NCBI GenBank assembly: GCA_903911145.1
Contig: CAIWCD010000013.1
Coordinates: 124,001-188,000, forward strand
Source of the DNA: an uncultured delta proteobacterium
GTDB lineage: Bacteria; Myxococcota; Myxococcia; Myxococcales; 40CM-4-68-19
Direction of reading: 5' to 3'
DNA: 64,000 nucleotides
Shown: one piece after another, positions 18,814 to 27,979 of the stretch
How positions within the stretch are numbered: the stretch's first letter is position 1
Layout: every line of letters begins with the position of its first letter
Program-made: the position numbers and the translations under genes
Notes under the pieces: generated by a model
Databases searched by the model: none
The model's input: only the letters and a program-made list of their open reading frames with translations
What the model was told of the DNA's origin: nothing

Positions 18814-18940
18814 CGATCGCCTACATGTCAGTTCGTCCGGATTACCGATGGAGCGGCCGGAGATCTTCCGGTAGCGTCTAGACTGGGATTCGGATGCGCC
18901 TGCCCTCCGGCAGTCCGCGTAGGCCGGTCCGGAGTACGCC

Positions 18941-21226
18941 ATGCGCGTCCAGTCATCGCTTGCATTCGCGATCTGTCTCTCGCTCGCCGCGGCCTGCTCG
19001 CAGAACACGGGCAACGGCCCCCCGACGGATCCGACCAAGAGCTACGCGCTCTCCGACGTCGGCGCGGCCGTCGTCACGATGCACCCGAACGACGTCAAGC
19101 AGTTCACCGTGCTCCTCTCGGAGCATGTCTCGGATCTGAACCAGGCCGCTGCGGACGCGGGCGCGATCGTGCTCGATGGCGGTGCATCGGATGCAGGCCC
19201 GTCCGATGCGGGCGCCGGAAATGGCGGCGGAGTCGCGAACGCGCCCATTCACTTCGAGTTCGATAACGAAGACCCCGCGGGCGCGCAGATCGATCACGCC
19301 GACACCACGACGGCAGCGAACGGCACGGCCAGCTTCAAGCTCACCGCCGGCGCGAAGGCGACGTTCAAGGTCATCGCGAGCTGGACCGGCCACCCCGAAG
19401 TCTCGCCCGTCGCCTTCAGCATCCAGGTCGTGAACATCCGCAAGCTCCTCCAGATCGTCGGCAGCGCGCAGGTCCGCGTCGCCAATGACGCGCAGAGCGC
19501 CACAGTCACGATGCCCTTCTCGAGCAGCATCGGCCTCAAGGTGCAGCTGCTCGATCAGGACACGGGCAACCCGATCGCAGGCGACACCATCGCGTTCACG
19601 CTTCCGAACACGGCGCCGCTCACGCTCAGCGGCGGCACGAACAACTTCTCCGTCTCGTTGACGACCGGCGCCACGGGCAACGCGCAGGTCTTTCTCGTCT
19701 CGTCGACGACAGCAACGACTGGAATCCTCGTCACGGCGCAGGACTCGGCCGGAGGCGGCGCGGTCACCTACTCTGTCACCGTCCAGAGCAACGCCAGCGG
19801 AGGGAGCTGCACGTCGTCTGCGCAGTGCGACCCGGGGCAGATCTGCGTCGGCGGGACCTGCACGACCAACAGTGGTGGCGGCTCCTGCACTGTCGGCAAC
19901 GACAACGGCTGTCCCTTCGGCTACGTCTGCGTGAACGGGACCTGCCAGCCGCCCGCGAATCCCAACTGCGACCCGAACAATCCGGCCGCGACCTGCCCCG
20001 CGGGAGACACCTGCCAGTGCGTCGGATCTCCCGGCGCGCAGATCTGCCAATGCGAGCCCGCCTGCAACCCTCCCTGCGATCCGGGACAGACCTGCGTGAT
20101 CGTCGGCAACACCGGCACCTGTGTCAGCCCCGCCGGAGTCGTCCCTGACCTCACTGGCATCTGGTACACGCGCCACACCTTCAGCATCCAGCAGGCACTC
20201 CCCGCCTTCGTGCAGACGATCCAGACCATCGTCCGCGACATCGACCAGGTGATTCAGGGCCAGTTCTTCACCGGCTTCTGGAGCTGGTTGAACGCGATCG
20301 TCCAGGCGGTCATCAACGCCTACGTCCCGACCTGGGTCACGACCATCATCGAGGTGCTCGATGACGTCGGCACGATCTTCTCGAACCTGCGCAGCGTCGG
20401 CTCGATGCGCGTGATGCCCGGATCGCCCACCGACCACACGCTCTTCAAAGGCACCGAAGTCTGGACCAGCTTCGTCTTCTACTGGCTGCCCCTCTGCAAC
20501 GGCCAGATCGGCGGCAACAACTACACGCCCGCATGCGCACGCTTCGATGTCGCGACCACCGACGCGACCGACCCGGGCACCAACGGGACCTGCGCGGGCC
20601 AGTCGCTGCCCACCATCAGCGTGCAGATAGCGCCGTTCACCGGTCAGATCGTGCAGGCAGGAAGCACCGGCCCGTGGACGTTCAACGTCGCGGACCGCCG
20701 CGTGCAGATGAAGATGGGCAAGCTGATTCTCGTCGCGCTCAACCTGCTCATCTCGTACCTCACGCCCTACAGCTGCATCGAAGACGCGCTCGCCTGCTCG
20801 CCTGGAAACACGTGCCTCCTCGACTGCCCGGCCTTCGGCACGTTCATCGAGGGGGTGACCAACGGGATCCTTCCGGCGGCGGTCGCGGAAGGGATCTGCG
20901 ATGCAGCGGCGAACGTCGCCGGTGGTCTGTTGACGCACTTCCTCGAGACCGTCACGTTTACTGCCGACACGATCGACTTCGCCGGACACGCCGTCGTCAC
21001 CACCGACTCAAGCGCGACAGCCGATTGCAGCGGCGGCGCGGGCGGGCCGTGCGCGAGCAAGCTCGGCAACGACAACTACGACACCGATCTGCAGAACAAG
21101 ACCGGACACCAGGATGGCTGGTGGAGCGGCAGCTTCTTCCTCGGCGCGATCGGCTGCACGCCTGGCTCGACGAGCAACAAGTGCATGCCGGGCGCGTGGG
21201 AAGCAGAGCGCACGCCGGTCCAGTAG
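18941..21226 (+). CDS. large Cys-rich lipoprotein (Ig-like domains, Cys-rich repeats, unknown C-terminal domain)
   Basis: Lipobox 'LAAAC', Big_1-like 'TTAANGTASF' and 'TTGATGNAQV', and five Cys-rich units such as 'CTSSAQCDPGQICVGGTC'. Confidence 0.8.
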   Translation: MRVQSSLAFAICLSLAAACSQNTGNGPPTDPTKSYALSDVGAAVVTMHPNDVKQFTVLLSEHVSDLNQAAADAGAIVLDGGASDAGPSDAGAGNGGGVANAPIHFEFDNEDPAGAQIDHADTTTAANGTASFKLTAGAKATFKVIASWTGHPEVSPVAFSIQVVNIRKLLQIVGSAQVRVANDAQSATVTMPFSSSIGLKVQLLDQDTGNPIAGDTIAFTLPNTAPLTLSGGTNNFSVSLTTGATGNAQVFLVSSTTATTGILVTAQDSAGGGAVTYSVTVQSNASGGSCTSSAQCDPGQICVGGTCTTNSGGGSCTVGNDNGCPFGYVCVNGTCQPPANPNCDPNNPAATCPAGDTCQCVGSPGAQICQCEPACNPPCDPGQTCVIVGNTGTCVSPAGVVPDLTGIWYTRHTFSIQQALPAFVQTIQTIVRDIDQVIQGQFFTGFWSWLNAIVQAVINAYVPTWVTTIIEVLDDVGTIFSNLRSVGSMRVMPGSPTDHTLFKGTEVWTSFVFYWLPLCNGQIGGNNYTPACARFDVATTDATDPGTNGTCAGQSLPTISVQIAPFTGQIVQAGSTGPWTFNVADRRVQMKMGKLILVALNLLISYLTPYSCIEDALACSPGNTCLLDCPAFGTFIEGVTNGILPAAVAEGICDAAANVAGGLLTHFLETVTFTADTIDFAGHAVVTTDSSATADCSGGAGGPCASKLGNDNYDTDLQNKTGHQDGWWSGSFFLGAIGCTPGSTSNKCMPGAWEAERTPVQ

Positions 21227-21258
21227 CGGGACTGTCGTTCGACCTGCGAAGTTTTCCC

Positions 21259-21298
21259 CGCGGGGAGGAGCGCACAACGCTTCTCCCCGCGTTCGTTT
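21259..21298 (+). terminator. rho-independent terminator
   Basis: CGCGGGGAGGAGCG-CACAA-CGCTTCTCCCCGCG followed by TTCGTTT. Confidence 0.7.
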
Positions 21299-21346
21299 CC
21301 GGGATGGGTGCGCGACATCCGCTCGTTGCAATCCATTTCGAAACCG

Positions 21347-21375
21347 TTGACCTCGGACGATTGGCGCGCTAACAC
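21347..21375 (+). promoter_or_regulatory. putative sigma70-type promoter
   Basis: TTGACC-N17-TAACAC upstream of the TPR gene. Confidence 0.45.
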
Positions 21376-21439
21376 GCAGCCCCTTTCTTTCAATGAAGTC
21401 GCGCCCGATTTTCGCGCCGACCGCCTGACGGAGACCCCG

Positions 21440-23002
21440 ATGCCCACCGACGATTCCTCGAGCGTTGCATCGGCGCGGGCGTCCGAGTTCCGTGCTGCCG
21501 GGATCAAGGTCGGCGGGGCTCTGCTGCTCTTCTCCGTCCTCTACGGTCTCTACGCGCACGAAGTGAAGGTCGAGGAGAAGGTGCAGGAACTCCTCGCAGG
21601 TCCGCGCATCGCTGGCGGCCAGCGTGCAGGCGGAGCGCGTGCGGACATGAACAAGGACACGCCCGCGAGTCTGCTGGCGGCCGAGGCAGCGCTCAAGCAG
21701 GCTCTCGACATGCAGCCGTCGAATCCCTACGCCGTCGCGGCCTACGCCGACACCGAGGCCCTGCTCGTTGGTGCGGGATACGAGGACAGAGCGCAGGCCG
21801 CGGATGATGCAGTCGCGCGCGCCGAGGCGAAGGATGTCACGCAGCCGGAGCGGTACGAAGCACGGGCGCTGCGGCTCGTGCAGCAGGGCAAGGCAGCAGA
21901 CGCGGAGACAGGGTTGCTCGCCGTGCTCGCGAAGTTCGGCGTGGTGCCGCGCGCGATCGATGCGCTCGGCGTCGCGAAGCGGGCGCAGGGAAAGCTGGTC
22001 GAGGCGCGGATGAGCTTCAAGCGCGCGCAGGATGCGGACTGGCGTGCGCCGCGCAAGGTCGCGAACTACGCGACGGCGCTCCTCGAGGATGGAAACGGAA
22101 CCGACGCGCTGGCCGCGTTCGATCGCGCGCTTCAGGCAAATTCTGAGCACCCACGTTCGCTCATTGGCAAGGCGCGCGCGTTCATCGCTCTGGCTCGCGC
22201 CGGCAAGGTCGCCGATTTCAAGGCCGCGCAGGGCCTCTGCGATCAGGTTCTCGCGCACGGGTCGGATGAACTTCCGGCGCTCGTGCGCGCCCAGGCGCTC
22301 GCTGCCCGCGCCGAGGTCAAGCAGTACGCCGGCGACCTCGCTGGCGCCGCGAAGGATGCAGCCGACGCGAAGTCGCAAGCCCCTGACGCGGTCGAGACGC
22401 TCCGCGCGCTGGCGGTGACGGCGAAGAGCGGCGGGTATGCGCTCTGGACGGCCGCGATCGCGAAGGACAAGTACGACGCCTCGCTCTATTTCGATGGCGC
22501 ACAGTCGCTCGCCGCCGCTGGGGATGCCCCGTCAGCAGAGAAGCTGCTCGCGGCCGCGGCTGCCCAGTTGCCGAAGACGGCGCGCTTCTATCTCGCCCAG
22601 GCAAGTCTGCTCCTCGCGCGCAACGACACGGCCGGTGCGGACGCGGCCCTCACTCAAGGGCTCGCGCTCGAGCCTGCGAACGCGATGATCTATTTCGAGC
22701 AGGGCCGCGTCGCGCAGGCGCGCAATGATTCGAAGGCCGCGACCAAGGCCTACGAGCACGCAGCGCAGATCCGCGATGACATGCCCGAGGTCTATCGTCA
22801 GATGGGCGTCCTCTACGTGCAGGAAAACGCGGTCGTCGAAGGGCTGCGGGCGTTCACCGATGCGCTCGCCCGCTACAAGGCGGCCCGCGCACCGGCGGCG
22901 ATCATGGAGCCGTTCTACGCGCAGGTTGAGGAGCTCATGAAGAAGGCCGGCAAGGCGAAGATCGGCGCGCAGTGGGTCGAGGAAGCGCGGGCTGCGAAGT
23001 AG
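21440..23002 (+). CDS. membrane-anchored TPR-repeat protein
   Basis: N-terminal TM segment, then many TPR units ('ALAAFDRALQANSEH', 'GLALEPANAMIYFEQG', 'PEVYRQMGVLY'). Confidence 0.85.
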   Translation: MPTDDSSSVASARASEFRAAGIKVGGALLLFSVLYGLYAHEVKVEEKVQELLAGPRIAGGQRAGGARADMNKDTPASLLAAEAALKQALDMQPSNPYAVAAYADTEALLVGAGYEDRAQAADDAVARAEAKDVTQPERYEARALRLVQQGKAADAETGLLAVLAKFGVVPRAIDALGVAKRAQGKLVEARMSFKRAQDADWRAPRKVANYATALLEDGNGTDALAAFDRALQANSEHPRSLIGKARAFIALARAGKVADFKAAQGLCDQVLAHGSDELPALVRAQALAARAEVKQYAGDLAGAAKDAADAKSQAPDAVETLRALAVTAKSGGYALWTAAIAKDKYDASLYFDGAQSLAAAGDAPSAEKLLAAAAAQLPKTARFYLAQASLLLARNDTAGADAALTQGLALEPANAMIYFEQGRVAQARNDSKAATKAYEHAAQIRDDMPEVYRQMGVLYVQENAVVEGLRAFTDALARYKAARAPAAIMEPFYAQVEELMKKAGKAKIGAQWVEEARAAK

Positions 23003-23126
23003 TTTTCCGCCGCGCGGCCGGGCCGGACGTGACCGCTCGCAAATCTCTTTCGCAAAGCCGTTGCTCGCAGCGATCATTCGAGTAGAGTGGCGGCCCTCAA
23101 AGGTGTCCTCCTTGTCTGGAGTCTCC

Positions 23127-23849
23127 ATGCGTCGAGTCGCCGTTCTTCTGATTCTCCTCGCTGCCGCATCGTCGGCGCGCGCGAGCGAGGGCGTCTATCT
23201 CACCCTCGATGGCGGCTACGCGCTCTGGAACGGCAAGTCGACGATGAAGTCGCGACTCGCAACGCAGGTTGGTGACGGCGCGGGTGCATGCGGGACGACC
23301 GGCGCCGGCAACGCGACGCTGCTCGTGGATTGCCAACTCAAAGACAGCGGCCTGTTCGGTCTTCACCTTGGATACAACATCGGCGGGCACGTCGGCATCG
23401 AGGGTGGCATCGCAGTCGTTCCCTGGTCTCTGTTCGCCAATGATCGTGGCGGCGTCGGATTGATGGGGCTTGCGGTGCGCTGGTTCCCGCTGCAGGGACT
23501 CGTGAAGCCGACCCGCATGTTTGACTTCTCGCTCCTCGGCGGCATGGACTACTTCCTCATGGGCGCCAACGGAACCATTCCGGCTGGCCAGTCCGATCCG
23601 CTGCCGAACAGCGGCCGCGGCCTCGATGGAATGGCGTTCGAGTTCGGTGCGACCTTCGAGCTCTACCCGGCGCGCTGGATCAGCCTAGGCCTGACTCCGC
23701 GCCTCTACGCACTGCACGCGCTGCGCTATTTCACCGATTACAACAACCGCGATAAGGGCGGCCAGATCCCTCTCGATGGCAACATCGGTGGCAATCTGCT
23801 CAGCCTCGCGCTCTCGGTGACGTTCCACTTCGAGCCGCTGCCCGAGTAG
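23127..23849 (+). CDS. putative outer-membrane beta-barrel protein
   Basis: Signal peptide ('ASSARA'), alternating strands 'VYLTLDGGYA', 'LHLGYNI', 'LAVRWF' and terminal 'LSVTFHF'. Confidence 0.7.
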   Translation: MRRVAVLLILLAAASSARASEGVYLTLDGGYALWNGKSTMKSRLATQVGDGAGACGTTGAGNATLLVDCQLKDSGLFGLHLGYNIGGHVGIEGGIAVVPWSLFANDRGGVGLMGLAVRWFPLQGLVKPTRMFDFSLLGGMDYFLMGANGTIPAGQSDPLPNSGRGLDGMAFEFGATFELYPARWISLGLTPRLYALHALRYFTDYNNRDKGGQIPLDGNIGGNLLSLALSVTFHFEPLPE

Positions 23850-23962
23850 AGACGCGAGAGAGGCGCCGCCTGTCTGGCAGTGCGCCTCTCGATTTCGCCG
23901 GGCATCGCGACACGACCGAAGCGCGCGAACCTGCCGTGGGCACGGGTTCGCGCGCGTTTCGT

Positions 23963-24835
23963 CTATCTGCGACGCGGCGCGATCTTGTTGGGGACAAAGC
24001 CACGCGCAGGTGTGGCCACACTCCCTGAACGCGCAGCGCGGCTTGGGGCCTCGAGAAGTTCGCACGTCGCCAGAGCGCGCAGGACCATCTCGCCGCGCTG
24101 GTTCTCGGCCCAGACATCGAGATCAGCGAGGCAGAGCCCGGACTCGCGGCGCAGCTCGGTGATGCGACCGCGGCACGTCAGCTGATCCCCGGGCCTGACG
24201 AACTTCACGAACTTCGCGGAGAGTCGGCGCAGCTGCCCGCGCTTGAGCCAATTGGTGATGAGCTGCGCGACGAATCCCATCGCCAGCGAGCCGGGCGCGA
24301 AGGTGCTGTGAAACCCGAGGGACTGAGCGAACGGCTCATCGAGATGGAGCCGATTGAAGTCGTTCGCCGCCCCAGCGTAGCGAGCGATCTGGACGCGATC
24401 GATCGCGGGCATCGTCAGGTGCGGCAGATCCTCGCCCGCGCGCAGTTCGCTCCAGTAGTACGACCGGGCGAGCTGCGGTTGCTGCCGGGCGGGCAGCGCA
24501 CGCGCGGGAGGCGTGGCGATCGGGGCCGGCTTTCGTGCGACGAGTCCGTGCTCGACAATCGGCGCACGAGCCGGAGCCACGCGTGCAGCCGACAGCGGGA
24601 CAGACTTCAGCGAGGGCTGGGCGACAGGCTTGGCCGAAATCTTCGCCGCGACCTTCGGTGCGCTCTTGCTCGCGGGCTTCACCGCAGACTTCTTCGGCGG
24701 AGCGGCCTTCTTCGATGCTTTGAGTACCAACGATTTCTTCGGAGGCGCCGCCTTCGCTGGCTTCGCCACTTTGATCGCCTTGACCGGAACGTTCCGCTTC
24801 GCCGCCGGCTTCTTCGCTGCGCTCTTGCTACTCAT
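23963..24835 (-). CDS. MaoC-family (R)-hydratase/dehydratase with Lys/Ala/Pro-rich N-terminal tail
   Basis: Hydratase-2 motif 'YAGAANDFNRLHLD...FAPG' and 'FVKFVRPGD'. About 120 aa of KAAPPKKS-type low-complexity sequence at the N-terminus. Confidence 0.85.
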   Translation of the reverse strand: MSSKSAAKKPAAKRNVPVKAIKVAKPAKAAPPKKSLVLKASKKAAPPKKSAVKPASKSAPKVAAKISAKPVAQPSLKSVPLSAARVAPARAPIVEHGLVARKPAPIATPPARALPARQQPQLARSYYWSELRAGEDLPHLTMPAIDRVQIARYAGAANDFNRLHLDEPFAQSLGFHSTFAPGSLAMGFVAQLITNWLKRGQLRRLSAKFVKFVRPGDQLTCRGRITELRRESGLCLADLDVWAENQRGEMVLRALATCELLEAPSRAARSGSVATPARGFVPNKIAPRRR

Positions 24836-25301
24836 GCGCCACCTCGCCAGCTGCTGCCTGCACGGGCGCGGTCCGCACGATCCAGACCTGCTTGGCTCGA
24901 TAGACCAGCCGCCCGGATTCGTCGGAGCCTTCGTCTTCGATGACCGCGACATCGGTCATTCCCGTCGGCGTCGGCCGCTGGGTCACGTCGGCGACCTTGC
25001 TGCGGACGGTGATCTTGTCGCCCGCGACGATCGGATGAAAGAGCTCGAAGGTCTGATCGGCCTGCAGCAGATGCTTGCCCGGTCCGAGCAGCAGGCCCTC
25101 GCGCAGATCGCTTCCGGCGCGAAGTGTGAGCGGGAATGTCGGCGGAGCAACGATGCCGCGATGGCCCTGGGCGCGGGCCGCAGCTTCATCGAAGTAGATC
25201 GGGTTGGTCTCGCCGATCGACTCGGCGAAGCGCCGGATGGCGCCCTTCTCGACCTCATTGATGGCCGGCTTCGACTCGCGGCCGATGGCGCTGCGATCCA
25301 A
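24828..25301 (-). CDS. MaoC-like dehydratase partner subunit (HadA/FAS1-like hot-dog fold)
   Basis: 'VEKGAIRRFAESIGETNPIYFDE', 'IVAPPTF' and 'LLQADQTFELFHPIVAGD'. Its stop overlaps the next ATG. Confidence 0.85.
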   Translation of the reverse strand: MDRSAIGRESKPAINEVEKGAIRRFAESIGETNPIYFDEAAARAQGHRGIVAPPTFPLTLRAGSDLREGLLLGPGKHLLQADQTFELFHPIVAGDKITVRSKVADVTQRPTPTGMTDVAVIEDEGSDESGRLVYRAKQVWIVRTAPVQAAAGEVAHE

Positions 25302-25316
25302 GCTGCCTCCCCTTCG

Positions 25317-26303
25317 TCACCTGCCCGCAGGCAGATCGAGAACTGTAATGAGCCCAGGCTGCGCAGTCGAGACGAGCGGCGCCGCGTGGACGATGGCCCA
25401 CGCGGTCGCACTATCTCCCTGCACCCCGCCCGGGATGATCAACTTCACGCCAGGATTGGCGAACAGCTCGATCTCGTCGCGAGGCTCGATCGCACCGAGC
25501 GCGATGATCAGCTCGAGTTGCGCGACCTCCTTCTTCGCGTGAAACGCCTTGGCGATCTGGTGGACGCCAACGATGCCGCCGCGCGGAACGAAGATTCCGT
25601 CTGCGCCCTGCATGTCCTCGTCGGCCTCCATCGCGTCGATCGACTCCTCGACCTCGTCGACCTCGAGCCCAACTCCGAGCGCCGCGAGCGCCGCCGACTC
25701 CATCAGGCCGATGTGCCCGATGGTGCCATCATCGACGCCGCGCTCGAACTCCTCTTCGTTCATCCCCGCGCCAATCTTGCGTTGCAGCTCGACCCGCCGC
25801 GTGCGCGCATCGACGATGCGCAGCGCACGCACCCGCTCGACCTGCCCGACGACGCTGCCGAGCGTGGCCGGCAAGCGATCGAGAACGAAGCCGGGGTTCA
25901 CTCCCGTTCCGAGCAGCGCGACCTTCTTCTTCTGCGCGATCTTATCGAGCCGCTCGGCGATCTCTGGATTGCGCAGCCACGGATAGGCCAGCTCTTCGCA
26001 AGTCGAGACCACCGAGACCCCAGCGGAGAGAGCCTGCGCGAGCTCACCCTCAACCTGCTCGAGGCGGCTCTGAGTCGCGTGCAGCATCACGCCGCCCAAC
26101 GCCTTCTTGAACGCAGCCGGCGCATCGCGCGTCACCAGAACGTCCGGCGCCGGGGCGTCGAGCAGTTCGGAAAGCCGCAGACCGACGCGAGCGGGATCGA
26201 GGTCGAGCGCTGCAACGATCTGGAGTTCCGGCTTGGCCAACGCAGCTCGCGCAATCGCGCGACCGATCGTGCCGAGGCCCATGAGGATGACTGGAATGGC
26301 CAA
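25317..26303 (-). CDS. NAD(P)-dependent amine dehydrogenase, 2,4-diaminopentanoate dehydrogenase (Ord)/DapB-N-like
   Basis: Rossmann 'MGLGTIG', 'VVSTCEELAYP', 'LGTGVNPGF', 'GHIGLMES' and 'GDSAT'. TTG start approximate. Confidence 0.8.
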   Translation of the reverse strand: MAIPVILMGLGTIGRAIARAALAKPELQIVAALDLDPARVGLRLSELLDAPAPDVLVTRDAPAAFKKALGGVMLHATQSRLEQVEGELAQALSAGVSVVSTCEELAYPWLRNPEIAERLDKIAQKKKVALLGTGVNPGFVLDRLPATLGSVVGQVERVRALRIVDARTRRVELQRKIGAGMNEEEFERGVDDGTIGHIGLMESAALAALGVGLEVDEVEESIDAMEADEDMQGADGIFVPRGGIVGVHQIAKAFHAKKEVAQLELIIALGAIEPRDEIELFANPGVKLIIPGGVQGDSATAWAIVHAAPLVSTAQPGLITVLDLPAGR

Positions 26304-26471
26304 GCGGAATCGCCTTCTTTCGATCAGGTGACGACCCAAACTTGTATCCCGCGCCGAGCCCCGCCGTACAGGACTTTCCCACCGTGAAAGGCCCATGCGC
26401 ACCGAGGAATTGCACGTTGCCTTTCAATGGCTCAGCTTGCGTTTTGCCAGAGGCGAACCTAGGGTTCGCGC

Positions 26472-27245
26472 GTGCGATGCCCCCGATGTGGAGTGCAGGC
26501 TTCCCAGGGAGCCGCGATTTGCGTTCGCTGCGACGAGATCCTCGATCCCGCGCAGTTTGAGGCGATGCAGACGGACACCGGTGAAGATGTCGATGGAGAC
26601 CGGACCGAGCCTGGCGCGAGGCCCGCGCCGAGGGTCGCGGCGGCACCGGCGCGGAAAGCAACTGCTGCAGCGACACCGCGCGCGCTCTCCAAGAACGCTC
26701 AGAAAAAATCGCCTGAGCCGCCCGCTGCCGCCAGCCGCCCCTATCTCGCCGAGGAGCCTGCACCGGCGCAGCCCGATCCTCTCGAGGAAGCGAGCCGTTC
26801 GGTCGATGAGCTGCGTGCGTTCTTCCGCTCGCTGACGATGGCCGACCGGATCGCCGCAGGGGCCTCGATGCTGCTGATTGCGTCGCTCGCGCTGCCGTGG
26901 CGCTGGACGAAAGAGGATGAAGACGTCATCGGTCTGGTCTCGGCGTTCCCGGCAGGAATCCTCGCGGGGTCGGTCGTCGCGCTCGTCTACGTGCGCGCGC
27001 GCCGTGCGAACGCATCTCTCGCTGCCACGCTGAAGCTCGCGCAGATCGGAGGAGCCGTGATGCTGACCGGCTTCTGCGCCTGGTTTCTCCGCAGCGTCAC
27101 CGACGAGCGGATCCTCCGCGGCGCCGGCCGCGCGATCACGCAGGTCCTCTCATCGCCCGGGTTCGGATCGTACATCGGCGCGGCTTGCGCGCTGCTGGCG
27201 CTCTTCGCGTCCGGTGCTGCGCTGTTGAGCGACCGCCGCACATAG
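26472..27245 (+). CDS. zinc-ribbon membrane protein
   Basis: N-terminal 'CPRC...CVRC', low-complexity linker and about four C-terminal TM helices. Confidence 0.75.
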   Translation: MRCPRCGVQASQGAAICVRCDEILDPAQFEAMQTDTGEDVDGDRTEPGARPAPRVAAAPARKATAAATPRALSKNAQKKSPEPPAAASRPYLAEEPAPAQPDPLEEASRSVDELRAFFRSLTMADRIAAGASMLLIASLALPWRWTKEDEDVIGLVSAFPAGILAGSVVALVYVRARRANASLAATLKLAQIGGAVMLTGFCAWFLRSVTDERILRGAGRAITQVLSSPGFGSYIGAACALLALFASGAALLSDRRT

Positions 27246-27277
27246 TCGCGAACGCCGTCCCAATCTCAACTGGGTGA

Positions 27278-27931
27278 CTATCGCGGGTGCGCGCCCAGCG
27301 CGGTGAGGAGCGCGATCGCTTCGGGCGAGGTCCAGTCGCGGCCGCCGATGAACTTGAAGCGCAGATTTCCGCTCGCGTCGACGAGATAGGTCTCGGGAAA
27401 TTTGTTGGTGCCCCACCGATCGTGGACTTTCCCATCCTCGTCGAGCGCGACGCGATACCCCGGCACGCGCTTGCCGAAGAACTTCTCGACTGGCTCCCAG
27501 CCCTCGTCGGCACTGACGGCGAGCACCTCGAACGTCGACGGATCGAAGATGCGCGAGAGGCGATCGATGCTCGGCTCCTCCTCGCGGCAGGGCCCGCACC
27601 AACTCGCCCAGAAGTTCACCATCATCAGGCGGCCGCGCAGTTGCGAGAGGCGCACTTTGCCGCCGCCACGCAGGGGCAGTTCGAAGTCAGACGCGGGACT
27701 TCCGTCGAGAGCATCTGCGCCGATCGAGCCGGCCACGCGATCGGTGGCGACGCCGAAGGAGAGCCAGAGCCGACTGGCCGCGACAGAGAGAAGGCAGGCG
27801 ATCGCGACGAGGACGAATCCGGTCTTCAGCCGCGCAGGCACGACCCACTCGCGCGATGGCTCGAGAGGCGGACCGCTCGAGGGAGAGAGAGACGACGGGC
27901 CAGGCGCAGCAGCGATCTCGGAAGTCGACAC
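27278..27931 (-). CDS. TlpA/ResA-like thiol-disulfide oxidoreductase
   Basis: TM anchor, 'VNFWASWCGPCREEEP' and cis-Pro 'FPETYLVD'. Confidence 0.9.
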   Translation of the reverse strand: MSTSEIAAAPGPSSLSPSSGPPLEPSREWVVPARLKTGFVLVAIACLLSVAASRLWLSFGVATDRVAGSIGADALDGSPASDFELPLRGGGKVRLSQLRGRLMMVNFWASWCGPCREEEPSIDRLSRIFDPSTFEVLAVSADEGWEPVEKFFGKRVPGYRVALDEDGKVHDRWGTNKFPETYLVDASGNLRFKFIGGRDWTSPEAIALLTALGAHPR

Positions 27932-27979
27932 GCGGGCGTTCTACCGGGAACCGCGCCCGCCCGCCACAGCGGTATCCTG

